The notes: a model not told the origin generated them from the letters alone. A stretch of DNA of 63,721 nucleotides, filler included, from Octopus bimaculoides (GCF_001194135.2; 9 parts of 9 records of this genome joined end to end with filler, not necessarily neighbours in it), one strand, 5' to 3'; numbered from the whole stretch's first letter, positions 1 to 13,134 are shown. Made by a program: numbers and translations.

Positions 1-85
1 TATATATATATATATTTGTATACATACATGCATACATACATATTCAAATATGTTGCATATGCATGTGTATGTGCGTTTGTGTAAA

Positions 86-1132
86 TATGAGGTGGTATGA
101 AAAAGTTCCCAGACTAATTCTGTAGTGCACCAACAGATGGCAACACACAGTTGTGTGTGCAGTGAGATCTAGCAGTGACTTTCATAAGGCATTGTGCTGT
201 GTGACATTGCTGTGTTTACTTTGCAAATTGGGTAATTTGTGTTTTTGTGATCACAGGTATGCTGTAGTTAGCGATTTGTCATGGGCAAGAACAAAGATTC
301 AAGTGAAATTTTACGTCAAACTTGGGAAGCCTGGAATGCCTGCCATGAGTATCGCCAATGGAAATGCAGAGAAAATTCACCAGCTTTTGCATGAGGATCG
401 TTGGAGGACAATCAATGTCATTGTTGGTGTTGTTGACCTGTTGCATGGGTCCATGCAGGCAATCCTAACATCTGAATTGAACATGCAGTGTGTCTCTGCC
501 AAGTTTGTCTCTTTCCTACTCACTACTGAGCAGAAAGAACATCTCATCAAAGTCTGTCAAGGTCTCCATTAGAGCACTGCTCATGTCCCATCCTTCATGT
601 TGAGGATCAGCACCAATGTTGTGAGTTGGGTCTACATGTACAGCCATGAGATGAAGCGGCAGTCACCACAATGGAAGAGCCCTTCGATTGTAGCCTAAAA
701 TGTGCTACTGCAACATTTTGTAGCATTTGAGGGAGGACATTGGACAAAAGCAACTGGGTATGCAGAATGTGAAAATTTGTATTCTTCATGACAACAATGC
801 ACCCCGTTTCTTGCTATAGATAAAATGGTATCACATTCACACCCATCTTATTCACCAGATTTAACACAAGCAGACTTCCATCGCTTGTCCAAGCTGAACA
901 TGCAACTCAAATGCTGCAGTTTTAATACTGTTGCTGAGCAAATCACAGAGGGTCCTTGATTTGCTTACAGAAAACGACTTCTAGGCCAGATTCCAAAGGT
1001 GGCAGGAACGCTGGGACATGTATATTGATGCACAAGGTGAGCATTTCAAAGGAAATAATATTTAAACTTAGGTAAATAAGTTATTTTTTATTAAACATTA
1101 CTAATTCAGGAACCTTTTAAAACAACCTCATA
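86..1132 (+). mobile_element. Degenerate mariner (Tc1/mariner) DNA transposon
   Basis: Imperfect terminal inverted repeats with TA ends: TATGAGGTGGTATGAAAAAGTTCCC at 86 versus TATGAGGTTGTTTTAAAAGGTTCCT (reverse complement, ending at 1132). Frameshifted transposase motifs KIQVKFYVKLGK, VSAKFVSFLLTTEQK, WVYMYSHEMKRQSPQWK, ILHDN, and HPSYSPDLTQADF (YSPDL motif). Confidence 0.9.
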
Positions 1133-2040
1133 TGCATGTAGAACGAGTTGCTCTTCTTCACCCTGAGAGAGAAGTCCTTCGTTGCTTGAAGAGAACATTT
1201 TTACATGCCATTCTTACTCTGGTAATTATTCTTTCAGAACATCCACCTCCACTGGTAATTAAATCTCCTAGTGAACAAAAGCTATCAATTCTAAATGAGC
1301 AACCTCCTGAGAATTTCATGGAATTCTTAACATTTTTTCTTACTGCTAATTACACTTGTAAATCTGTCATATAGAAAGTGTACCTAATCTATAAACCAGT
1401 CTGTGATTTGGCTATATACCTTGCAAACCCACAGTTCACACAAAGAACACTGTATGAAATTCCTACATCTTCTTTTCTGCATGTGGAACACAGGCACTTT
1501 CCTGGTGGTTGTAGGGTCCTGTCTTCTTTTTGACTAATTAAAACTTCACTCTTTGTTAGGTTTATTTTGAATCCTCTAGATTGTAGCTTCTCTTTTCCAA
1601 GTTTGGAATTTTCTCTCTGAATCCTTGATCAATTCAGCATACAAGAGTTCCCATAGACAAGTGGTCTTTAACTTGTCTGATTAGACTTAGAAGAATATAA
1701 TAAATTAGAAGAGGCTAAAAATTAGACTTAGAAGAATATAATTAGAAGAATAAAATTAGACTTAGAAGAATATAATAAATTAGAAGAGNNNNNNNNNNAT
1801 TAGAAGAGGCTAAAAATTAGACTTAGAAGAATATAATTAGAAGAATAAAATTAGACTTAGAAGAATATAATAAATTAGAAGAGGCTTATTTTTAACTTTC
1901 ACCAAGTCTCTAAAGTCATTCATCCCTAAGTTTCTTAGTGACCACCAGACTACAGAGGATGAAATCCTGTTACAAGACTTCTCCAGGTACTTTGATAGTT
2001 GACCAAATTCTTTTGATCTCCACGTTATCTACTATTTTGC
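1133..2040 (-). mobile_element. RTE-clade LINE remnant (RT C-terminus plus Cys-rich region)
   Basis: Minus-strand frameshifted peptides VVWWSLRNLGM, CLWELLYAEL (YADD-like), RKFQTWK..INLTKSEVLIS, CLCSTCRKEDVG..VLCVNC and ATKDFSLRVK. Interrupted by the 1681-1885 repeat. Confidence 0.75.
1681..1885. repeat. About 75-bp tandem repeat (41+34 bp subunits) spanning a 10-N gap
   Basis: TTAGACTTAGAAGAATATAA... units are repeated on both sides of the gap. May be partly an assembly duplication. Confidence 0.8.
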
Positions 2041-2565
2041 TCCAATCTTACATTAAAAGATTAAAGTTGCCAATGCCCATTTAAGTATATTAATAACTCA
2101 TGAGACACCCCAAAGGAAGGTAGAAGACATTTCCATAATGTGACACATAGTAGGATTAAATTCAGAAGAATGTAGATACTAAGCAAAGTTGTTAGCCATA
2201 TGTCCATGACTGCACCTATCCTTATAGGATATCAGGATGTTGCAGGTGATTCTCCTTCAAGTGTAATTAAATACAACAATAATCAGAAATATCATTGACA
2301 ATGTTTCTTAGCTACCACCTGCAGCATCAAATTGCTTCTGTTATGTAGTAACTTAATTACAGTTAGGTCAGATTTATAAGAAAATTTGAGAGCAAAATGT
2401 CTGTGACTACAGATACTATATAAAATGATTAACACAAGCAACGTGAATGAAACTACCAATGTCTTCCCTCATTGCTCAATATCCTATTAAGTCATTCACA
2501 TGTGCTCTTACATTAGAGTCATACCTCCAAGCATACAAAGATGTAAGCAGAAATATGATTGCCAG

Positions 2566-2684
2566 TCATTCATATAAATTCAAAAGCATCATCACATAAC
2601 TGATATTCAACCTCACACTCAAAAATATACAGCCGAATGTGAATACATATTTATCCTTTATATCCACGTGTGTTACAAACAATC
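2566..2684 (-). CDS. Candidate host-gene coding exon, product unknown
   Basis: Strong acceptor ttttctgcag|G before 2684. Only the phase-1 frame is open: LFVTHVDIKDKYVFTFGCIFLSVRLNISYVMMLLNLYE*. Alternative donor AGT|gtgagg after 2617. Non-repetitive sequence; no homolog recognised. Confidence 0.3.
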
Positions 2685-3200
2685 CTGCAGAAAACTGCAG
2701 TTTCAATCAGGGAGGAAATTATAATTTTAATGATAATAATGAAGGGCAAAATTAATTAATTAATCAATAATTAATAATTTTACCAAGTTAATAACTTTTT
2801 TAGGTGAATTATACAAAATATTCCATAATTATATACATAATTATAATCAAGGGTCAGCTAATTGCTTCACCACATAAATAGATACTAATGCCTTTTCAAC
2901 TACCATAAAGATCTCTGTGACAACAACACACTTTTTATGTAGGCAAAAAGAAAAATGATGAATCCACCTGACTTCAATTAACTACAGACGCATTATTTTC
3001 TATAATTCACCTAAAAAGGTTATTTTATCATACTGGTAAAATTATTAATTAATTAATTTTACACGTTATTATTATTATTATTATTATTATTATTTGTTTA
3101 TATATATATTTTTTTTCTCTCAAAGTTTAAGTTCAAGGACTATTGCCATTCTGGGGCACTGCCATTTACTTTGCCCCACTTTCACTAAACCTCTTCTGAC

Positions 3201-3603
3201 ATGTGACATTTGGTTGCTTCCCAACCACATGGTTCCAGGTTCAATCCCAGTGTGTGACACCTTGGGCAAGGGTCTTCTACTAAAACCACAAGCTGACCAA
3301 AAGCCTTTTGAGTGGCTTTGGTAGACAGCAACTAAAAGAAGCCCACCATATATGTATATATAAGTATGTATTTATGTGTATGTGTCTTTGGGTCTGTGTT
3401 TGTCCTCCAATATCACTTGACTACTGATGTTGGTGTGTTTACATACCCGTAACCTAGTGGTTTAGCAAAAGAGAACAAGAGAATAAGTACTAGGCTAACA
3501 AAGAATAAGTCCTGGGGTCGATTTCTGTGACTAAAAATCCCTTTAAGGCAGTTCTCTAGCATGGCCACAGTCAAATGACTGAAACAAGTAAAAAGATAAA
3601 AGA
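3201..3603 (+). mobile_element. tRNA-derived SINE, family A (CpG-decayed copy)
   Basis: B-box-like GGTTCAATCCC, CORE-like CACCTTGGGCAAG, internal (TA/TG)n, and tail ...CATGGCCACAGTCAAATGACTGAAACAAGTAAAA. Homologous to 60412-60829. Confidence 0.9.
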
Positions 3604-4861
3604 ATAAGTCAATTAATGTCTATTAATGTCTATTAATAAGTAATATTTGAAAAAATATTATTTAATGAAGACCGAAACAGAAAAGTGGTAGCCATAACCT
3701 TTGTTGGGACTTTTGGGTCAGAGAAAAGTGGAACAGTATCAGACCTTAGACCAGCTCTGAATATTTACTATATGGTGACACCACTAAAGTGACATTAGAG
3801 TCAGATTTTGATGTTTAAACAAACAATGAATTAAATCTATCACCCCTCTTATCTTCAAGCAAATACAGTGTGGACACAAGAGATAAAAAGAATTTACAAA
3901 GGAAAATGTAAAGAAAACCCTTCAAAGATTTGAACTTAAATTTTCAAATAAAGGCCATAACTAATTATGTGAATAATGCTTTTATGAGAACAGGACTCAC
4001 TATTTTAATTTGTAATACAAAAATTTATATCTCATTTAGTGCTTCCATTTTTCTTTTCACTGTATTCTATTTGAGAACACATGCAGTTTAAAATGCACAA
4101 ATATGTTCAATCATCAATCCTAGATTGACTATCAATTAATTAATTAATTAGAAGAAAAATAATGATAAAAAAGATCAAAAACAAAGCAAAAAACGAGGGA
4201 TAATTATGAAAGAAAGTCGTCAATAAATTGACAGTGAAAAATAGAAAACAACTAAAATTTCATCACATGATAACATACTGTAATTACTTAAATATAATTT
4301 GACCTCAAAATATAAGAAGACCTGCAATATCTTAATGAAAAAACAAAAATAATTGCTTTTGTTCATTGTTAGCATACAGGATTTTTATTGCAGTGAAAAT
4401 GATTGCCCTTACTTTTGTAAAATGATATTATGGGTGAGTTAACTTCAATATATGAAATTTTTAGTATTTTCAAAATTAAGGTTGTTCATAGTAATTTGTG
4501 GATAAAAAGTTCAAGTTACAATCATGTCGTTTTGAGTTTGATCTTAGTGCGAAGCACATTAGGCAAATGTAGGACCATAATCTTGGATCAGCCCAAACTT
4601 TGTGAATGAAATTAGGTAGACTGAAATTCCACAGAAACTCATAATTTAGGTTCTGTTGTACTTGGATGATAGACCTAATCTGTTGGCCATTTTAGCACAA
4701 CTATACAGCTCTTGGGTGCTTTCCACAGTGTTCAATATGTTTCAAATAGTTAAACCTGATCTCAGGCCTGAGAATAAACTAATAGCAGCTGATAAGATAT
4801 AAGAGACAAATACAAACACATTGACATCCATGTACTCATACACACATATCTATTTCCTTTC

Positions 4862-4892
<31 letters not shown>

Positions 4893-4903
4893 TNNNNNNN
4901 NNN

Positions 4904-4948
<45 letters not shown>

Positions 4949-4957
4949 ATATATAAA

Positions 4958-6190
4958 CAGGGGTAGGACAAAATAATGGAAACACCTAAAAAATTTCAAG
5001 CAAATTTATTTTAATATGGGGTAGGACCGCTTTAGCAGTAATTACAGCTTGAATTCTACGAGGTATAGACTCATACAACATTTCAATTGTTTCCAAAGGA
5101 ATTTTTGTCCATTCTTCAGGTAAAACAGTCTCCATTTCTTGTAGTCATGATGGTGCAGGATATCGACTCCTTACTTCTTTTTCTAAAATGCACGATAAAT
5201 GTTCAATAATATTGAGATCTGGGGACTATGGTGGCCAGATAAGATGTTCAACTTCACTAGAATGTTCCTCGTACCATTTAGTAACAACTTTAGCTGTGTG
5301 AATCAGTGCATTATCATCCTGAAGGATTGCATTTCCCTCCAGAAACAGTTCCACAAACATAGGATGAATTTGATCAGATAAAATGCATAAATAGTCTTGA
5401 CCATTAATTCTGTCATGAAGGGAAACCATTGGGCCAACGGATTTCTAAGATATAGCCCCCCAGATCATCACAAATCCCCCTACATGTTTAACAGTTGCAA
5501 GAAGGCAGTCTGGGTCAAATGCTTCTTTTGGCTGTCTCCACATGTATACTTGGCCAGTGGTCAGAAATAAGGTATACGGTGACTCGTCCAAAAAAAAAAA
5601 TAACCTTCTTCCACTGTTCAAGGGACCAATTCTGGTTTTTACTTCACTCTAAATGCTTTACAACGTTTGTTTTTGAAATAGTGGTTTTCTGATTGCAGCC
5701 CTCTGTGAAATCCAGCTTTGTGCAGCTCCTGGCAAACAGTTTTTGTGGAAACTGGGTTCTCGAGTTGGTCATTAAGCTCTGCAGTAATTTTGGGAGCTGT
5801 GCTTTTGTGATCCCTTCAAACAATTCGCGTAAGAGTCCGATGGTCCCTATATGAATGTTTTGGTTTTCTTCCAGAGTTTTGTTCCGACGAGGAGGTTTTT
5901 CCCTCATTCTCAAAGGTTGTCATTACTTTAGAGACAGTACTTCTTGATACACTAAACATTTCGGCTGTTTTCATTATGCTAGCACCTGCCATATGAGCAC
6001 CAACAATTTAACCTCTTTGAAAGTGTGATAGATATGTCATTTTAATGAGTTTTCATTACCTTTTTCTGATGATATCTGAAAAGAAACAGCAATTTTAGCA
6101 AGACATATTAAGCAACACTAATAGTAAATCAAAAAACATAAAAATAAAACAAGCTTTTGATGGTTTTGTAGATATTTCAAAATTATGATG
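4958..6190 (-). mobile_element. Degenerate Tc1-like (DD34E) transposon
   Basis: Terminal sequence CAGGGGTAGGACAAAATAATGGAAACACC at 4958. The other TIR is not clearly recognisable, so the right boundary is approximate. Confidence 0.85.
5011..6040 (-). pseudogene. Tc1 transposase pseudogene
   Basis: MTYLSHFQRG*IVGAHMAGAS..SVSRSTVSKVM (HTH) ... ILQDDNALIHTAK ... HLIWPP ... GPTPY*, with stops and frameshifts. Confidence 0.9.
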
Positions 6191-6238
6191 CTATGATATG
6201 CACACATAAATATATACCTACCTACCTACCTACATACA

Positions 6239-6294
<56 letters not shown>

Positions 6295-6307
6295 CACACA
6301 CACACAA

Positions 6308-6478
6308 CAGGCTTCTTTCAGTTTCCACCTACCAAATCCACTCACAAAGCTTTGCTTGGCCTGAGGCTATGGTAGAAGACACTTGCTCAAAGTGTCATGC
6401 AGTAGGACTGAACCTGGACTGTGGTTAGGAAGTAAGTGAGACTGTGTTTGGGAAGTGAGCTTCTTACCACTCAGCCAC
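6308..6478 (-). mobile_element. SINE family A, 5' half
   Basis: Matches the head of 60412-60829 (GCTTCTTTCAGTTTCC..ACCAAATCCACTCACAA..GAAGACACTTGC). CpG sites have decayed. Confidence 0.85.
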
Positions 6479-6559
6479 ATAGTTGTGTATGTATATATAT
6501 ATATTTATGTGAGTTTGAGTATGTGTGCATGTCTGTGTGGGTGTGTGGGTGTACGTGTG

Positions 6560-6762
6560 CTCTTGTCTCTTTCTTTTGACATTTTCATGATAATTGTAAA
6601 CAAGTGTCACTGTCATTCATGTCTGGTCATGGTGAAATATTATCTTATTTGGAAACATGTGAGGGTTAACAACTGGATGGGTATCCAGCTACAGAAAATC
6701 TAACCCAATGAAAGCACGAAAAAATGGACATTAAAATGATGATGATGATGATGATGATGATG
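6560..6762 (+). repeat. Dispersed repeat with (GAT)n tail, probable SINE/LINE 3' end
   Basis: Shares TTACTT/ATTTGGAAACA-GTGAG-G motif and (GAT)n tail with 7125-7418. Confidence 0.5.
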
Positions 6763-7124
6763 CCAATGATAATCACATTCTCAAGTTAAATTAGTCAACA
6801 ATTAGATATTTAGATCTTCTCCAATGAGCTATCACTGAAGCCATTAAAAATTTCCAGAACATTAAGCTCATTTTCCAGCTTTTTCTTTTTTAAAAACTGT
6901 TCTTTGTTGTTAAGTGGATAACATAAGTGGAAATTTAAACTCTCTTTACTTGAAACACAATACAGAGAGAATATGTGCAATCAACACATCAACCATGAAG
7001 ATGACACTCCATCTTAAGGCTCTACAGCATTCTCCCTAAATACCTTAAATTGTGAGCAAGGTGAAGAAACCATTCTAATACAGTATTTAATTTCTAGATT
7101 GGTTCCCAAGTTTGTGTTTATGTA

Positions 7125-7418
7125 GGCATGGTCATCTGGTTACAACATTCATTTTCCAATCGCATGGTTCTGAGTTCAGTCTTGCTGCATAACACCTTAA
7201 GCTAGAGGCTTTAGAAGCAGTGTCATACATTCCCAGTCTTCTGTGAAGACATATCTGGCCAGGAGGAAATAACACTTTACTTGAAAAACAAGTGAGAGTA
7301 AGTGACAAGGAGGACAATCGGCCTGGAGAAAAACCACTTCAGTGAATTATGTTTGGACCATGCAAGCATGGAAATTAGGGATGCTATAACAATGATGATG
7401 ATGATGATGATGATGATG
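7125..7418 (+). repeat. Decayed tRNA-head SINE with (GAT)n tail
   Basis: Family-A-like head (CCAATCGCATGGTTCTGAGTTCAG), body similar to 6560-6762, and (GAT)n tail. Confidence 0.5.
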
Positions 7419-8952
7419 CAGAATGACAAGAACAATTAATTTTATTAGCTCATGAGAATCATGGGAGTTAAAATTATAAAAATAAGTAGGATTCATTTTT
7501 ATCTTAACTGAGAGGATTTATACAGGTAAACAAAAATAAAATGAAGCTAGATAAAAATAAAAATATATCTCTATTGTTTATCAATTAAGAAATATTAAAT
7601 ATCAAAAAAATAATACATAAATATAAGTAGACGAGAAGAAGTTTATGAAATACCAGATATAATTTAATTAAAATTACAGTAAAGAAAAACTATTGTAGTA
7701 CTTAAAAAAGAAAATTACTTTGAAAAAACTTCTTAATTAGCTAATTATAAAGGAGATTTAATAAAATGATTGCAATATTTCTGAAAATATTGCAGTTTGA
7801 ATTAGACTTATAATTCTTTTTTATTCCCCTGAACTAGTTGATAGTTGTATTAATGTGTTTTTTGAAGGGAATTAATTTTCATTGATGAAATTTTTGTTAA
7901 TTAAGAAGATGTTAATAAACAAAAAAAAAAATAATAATAATAAAAGTTCCATTGTTTCATTATGACAAATGACATTCATGAAGAAAATTTACACACTCAC
8001 ACACAAAAAATTGTGTTGAAACAATTATGAGAAAACTATATGGTACAATTTAATTTCTAATTAATATAAGAGTCTCTGATAATAAATAAATATTTATGAA
8101 TTGTCTTTTATAAGAAGTTTTATTCTATTCTCAGTTTTAAGACAATAACATTATCACAGGAAATGACAGTGAGTTTATGATATAGTAAAGAAATTCATTT
8201 AACACTCTATAGTATATTGATACTTTATATTCATCAAGTAGCGCATGGGCACTATGGCAACCATGTAACTAGTGCAACTTGTTATACTGAATAGGTCTAG
8301 GGATACTAAACTGGTAGCCTCATCAAGCCTGTTTGGTAAGGAGGGTGATTTTGGAGCATAAGAGAATAAAAAGTGAACTCTGGGAAAGGGCAGATGAACC
8401 CAAGAGAATCAACAGTTATCTAATGCTATGAATTAGAAACATCTTAAACATGCATGTTTAAGATGCATTCAAAAACTCGGTTTGCGATGGGCTGTGAAGA
8501 GGAAACCCAACCGTCAATGGCTGGGTTTCAGTTGGTAGAAAGATGATATCCAGTTATGTCACTGTAGGATGCAATCCATAAAACAATTTGAGACACATGG
8601 ATAAACCTGGTCATCTCAGTGAATCTCTGATATACCCCTCCACTTCCAGCAGTCTCAACCATGCTTTGTCACTGGACCAGGAAATATGGGTTGAGAAAGT
8701 GAAGCTAATCATCCTTTCATTGTAGTGATCAGAGTAACACATGCAACCATGACCTCATCCATAGTTACTTCCCTTTTGGGGGAACACAGAAGGTGTTGTA
8801 TAGGTGGTACTAAGACACAGTTGCCTCTTCCATTGCTGATACCCTTTAAAAAATGTTGTTGATATCTTTAGGATGAACATCATATCATTTCAGATGAAAA
8901 ACACAGTAGCATAGTAGGTAATCTCTTCAATCTGTAATTTAAGTTCAGTTAC

Positions 8953-9067
8953 TGTTTGTATCTATTTCATTTATGCTGATAGTTTCAGGCAATGTATAAA
9001 TGCCACAACATCCATTCTCTACCACAGGGCATCCATAGAAATAGTAATCATTTATGAAAATACCTGA
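8953..9067 (-). CDS. Candidate host-gene coding exon, product unknown
   Basis: Frame opens directly after catag|: SGIFINDYYFYGCPVVENGCCGIYTLPETISINEIDTN. Donor A|gtaact leaves phase 1, compatible with 2566-2684. Polypyrimidine tract is weak. Confidence 0.25.
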
Positions 9068-9481
9068 CTATGACAATTATGAAACCTATTCAGTTTAATA
9101 TTCTTATAATCACAATTTACCTTTTATTTAATTCAGTTTCATTTTTTTTTTTTTTTCATTCTGAAATAGTTTAAACATGAAGAAGTGAAAAGCAATTATT
9201 TTGTATCATGAAACAAGGGATAATATCAGACAAGTTAATTATCAAAACAATTAAAGAAATTCACCTTAGACCTCATTAAAATAAGCCAATATTACCTCTG
9301 AAACTACATTTATGTATTTGTTTTATGAGATTCCTGATGTGAAATTGCGTGTTGAAACAAATACTGTTATATTTTAGGATGGTCATTTTTTAGTTTTTTG
9401 CCAATAAACACATGCACTATATATTCATTCTTCACTTCAGATTTATTATTGTTCTTATTTTACTGTCTGAAAATTTTTCAT

Positions 9482-9520
<39 letters not shown>

Positions 9521-9529
9521 GTAATAATA

Positions 9530-9629
9530 NNNNNNNNNNNNNNNNNNNNNNNNNNNNNNNNNNNNNNNNNNNNTTAATTAATTAANNNNNNNNNNNNNNN
9601 NNNNNNNNNNNNNNNNNNNNNNNNNNNNN
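9530..9629. other. Artificial scaffold joiner N44-TTAATTAATTAA-N44
   Basis: The same 100-bp spacer recurs with its 12-mer at 9574, 15062, 30300, 37951, 49450, 54242, 56728 and 62314. The 12-mer has stop codons in all six frames. Confidence 0.97.
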
Positions 9630-9703
<74 letters not shown>

Positions 9704-9764
9704 TATACATATCATATATGTATATACATACATATATATTTGCCTGCATATATATATGTGTGTG

Positions 9765-9798
<34 letters not shown>

Positions 9799-10054
9799 TG
9801 TATGTATGTTGCATGTACGTATGTGTGTGTGTGTATGTGTGTGTATGTGTATAGATATGAGGTTTTATACACTTACATAGTTACGTACCTATCTAGAAAA
9901 TGCTCTTTAATGTGGTCAAAGAAATGTTTAAAGGAAACTAAAAATCTCACGGAACTATGCCGATCGTAATTGAGATACAAACTAAAACGCAACTGAAAAA
10001 TAAGAATTATTATGCACAGATATGGCAAATATTCTATAATTCTCTGTTTCTTAG

Positions 10055-10118
<64 letters not shown>

Positions 10119-10516
10119 ATACACGCACACACGCACGCATGCACATATATAGATGTATTTATCTATATATGCATGTGTGTGTGTGTGTGTGTATCTTTGA
10201 GGAAAGAGTACAGGAAATGAAACTAAAGAACTGAATCAAAAACTTGCCCTCCTAGATGTGACAGTTAGTGAAGGACAACAGGTGTTAATGATAAACAACA
10301 ACGATCAATAAGTCTCAAATATTCAAACGTTCATAGACTTCTCACATGCATACCTCACCTAACCTTTTTCCTCTGCACTTACCTTTTTTTTTTCTATGTA
10401 TGTATCTATGTATGAAAGTACAGACATTCTATATATGTATGTATGTATGCACGTGACGGCATAAATAGAGCGTACAAATGTGTGTATGTGAATGCGTGTG
10501 TGTGTGTGAGTGAGTG

Positions 10517-10624
<108 letters not shown>

Positions 10625-11408
10625 CACACACACACACACATATATATACATACACACACACATATATATATATATACACACACACACATGCATACACACA
10701 CATACGTATAATAATGTAAAATCTTAAGTTAGATTTTGAATAGTTATATTCATACATACATACATACATACACATACACACACATACGTACATACATGTG
10801 TGTGTGCGTGTGTACGTGTATGTGCGTGTGCGAATGTTTGCGTGAGAGCATGAGTGTATGTATATGTATCTACCTATATATCTATATTTGTCATTTGTTT
10901 TTGTCCTTATTCTTTTATCTATTTATGGATTTATAAATGTATTTATATTTTGATACCTATTTACACATTTGCTGCTTCTACCGCCACTTCTACCACTGCC
11001 GTATCCATTTTTGTTTTTAGTATATCTTCTACATTCTTTCGTTATTGTTCAATTTTTTTTTTACTCATATTTTGCCGATGAAACCAGTGTTGTTCTTTTT
11101 TAATTTAGTTATTTTCTTTCGTGTTTTATTGTAAATTCCCAGCGACTTTCAGTGATATTGTTATTGTTATTGTTGTTGTTATTCTTGTTGTTGTTTAGCA
11201 CCCGCAAGACACCATTAGAGTTACTGCTCTCATGTAGAGAGACTAATCATCGACCACGACATGCTTCTTTGGTTTCCGACATCGATCGCGTGTGTACTGG
11301 ATGCTCCCTGAATTCAACCTTAATAGGGTCGATGTAAAACTAATCAACGATCCAGCGATCAACTTACACCGAAACGAAATAAACAACAGGGCGGAAAAGA
11401 AAAACAAA

Positions 11409-11484
<76 letters not shown>

Positions 11485-12744
11485 GAAAAATGGTACTATT
11501 TAACCTCCATATTTCTTTCCTTTCTTTCTTACCAAGTTCAAGTTGAAAACACGCTAATGTGCTTAAAAAAAGGGAGAGGTTATATGTATGCATGTACGTA
11601 TGTATGTATGTATGTATGTATGTATGTATGTATGTATGTATGTATGTATGTATGTATGTATGTATGTATAAGTATATATATGTGTATATGTATAACTACG
11701 TATATGAATACATACATATATATAGATATATATTCACGTATATATTTATGTATATACATCTATATTTTATGAATATGTATGTAATATATATGTATATATA
11801 TGTATATATATATATATGTATATANNNNNNNNNNNNNNNNNNNNNNNNNNNNNNNNNNNNNNNNNNNNNNNNNNNNNNNNNNNNNNNNNNNNNNNNNNNN
11901 NNNNNNNNNNNNNNNNNNNNNNNNNNNNNNNNNNNNNNNNNNNNNNNNNNNNNNNNNNNNNNNNNNNNNNNNNNNNNNNNNNNNNNNNNNNNNNNNNNNN
12001 NNNNNNNNNNNNNNNNNNNNNNNNNNNNNNNNNNNNNNNNNNNNNNNNNNNNNNNNNNNNNNNNNNNNNNNNNNNNNNNNNNNNNNNNNNNNNNNNNNNN
12101 NNNNNNNNNNNNNNNNNNNNNNNNNNNNNNNNNNNNNNNNNNNNNNNNNNNNNNNNNNNNNNNNNNNNNNNNNNNNNNNNNNNNNNNNNNNNNNNNNNNN
12201 NNNNNNNNNNNNNNNNNNNNNNNNNNNNNNNNNNNNNNNNNNNNNNNNNNNNNNNNNNNNNNNNNNNNNNNNNNNNNNNNNNNNNNNNNNNNNNNNNNNN
12301 NNNNNNNNNNNNNNNNNNNNNNNNNNNNNNNNNNNNNNNNNNNNNNNNNNNNNNNNNNNNNTATATATATATATATGAATAGTCTAATCCGACAGAGTTT
12401 CATCCTTTCCTGGGATGTTGAGACACGTGAACAGCCTAGCTAAGGTAGGGAAACTCGGAATAGATCGTCAGATCCACTCTACCCAGTGTATTGAGTCCTA
12501 TGCTAGATAATATTTGCATATATAAATTATATTATTGATATATTTTACTTTTTCATTACAATATGAATATATGGCGGTGCCCCAGCTTTGCTACACCTTC
12601 ACGACTTGAAACTTCTGATATGCGACACTTGGTGAACCCACCTTACTGCATTTCTTACAGTAAGGTAGGTTCATCAGGAACTCTTGACAGGACACTTATA
12701 TCCACCTCTCAGGCTTTTTAGAAGGATATTGAACGACTGTGGGC

Positions 12745-13010
12745 ACAGAGAGATAAGCTAATAATTTTTAGCATCTGCTCTGCTTCCTCGTTTATGGACA
12801 GGGCATATTATATTCCCTCCTTCATTTTGCCTGGGAGCTTACTACTTGCAAGGAAGCTCTGAAAAGAAGCTGCTGTGATCTTGCAAGTGCTTGTTTGCAT
12901 GATTTGAGAAGGATTGCAGGGAATCCATCAGGGCCAGCAGCTAAGTTTGCATCTATCACAGTTATGGGGCCAGTATTACATCATCTTCTTTGAGATCAAT
13001 GTAATCAAAT
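12745..13010 (-). mobile_element. CR1/L2-like LINE RT N-terminal fragment
   Basis: IDANLAAGPDGFPAILLKSCKQALA..KMKEGI.CPVHKRGSRADAKNY*LISL (GPDG and NYRPISL motifs). Appears to be the same family as 62370-62675. Confidence 0.85.
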
Positions 13011-13079
13011 GTTAAATTAATTAATGTTTGTTTTTATGTTCAGTTATAATAAAAGCAATTTTGCATTATCCTGAAGGAT

Positions 13080-13134
<55 letters not shown>

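Noticed and set aside
8873-9000. Plus-strand exon model DEHHIISDEKHSSIV|GNV* with AG/GT signals
   Set aside because: It stops three codons into the next exon, has no recognisable homology, and conflicts with the minus-strand model. Neither model is proven.
10217-10370. ETKELNQKLALLDVTV resembles a PLE RT FLDV motif
   Set aside because: Only one short motif, followed by stops; too weak to list as a feature.
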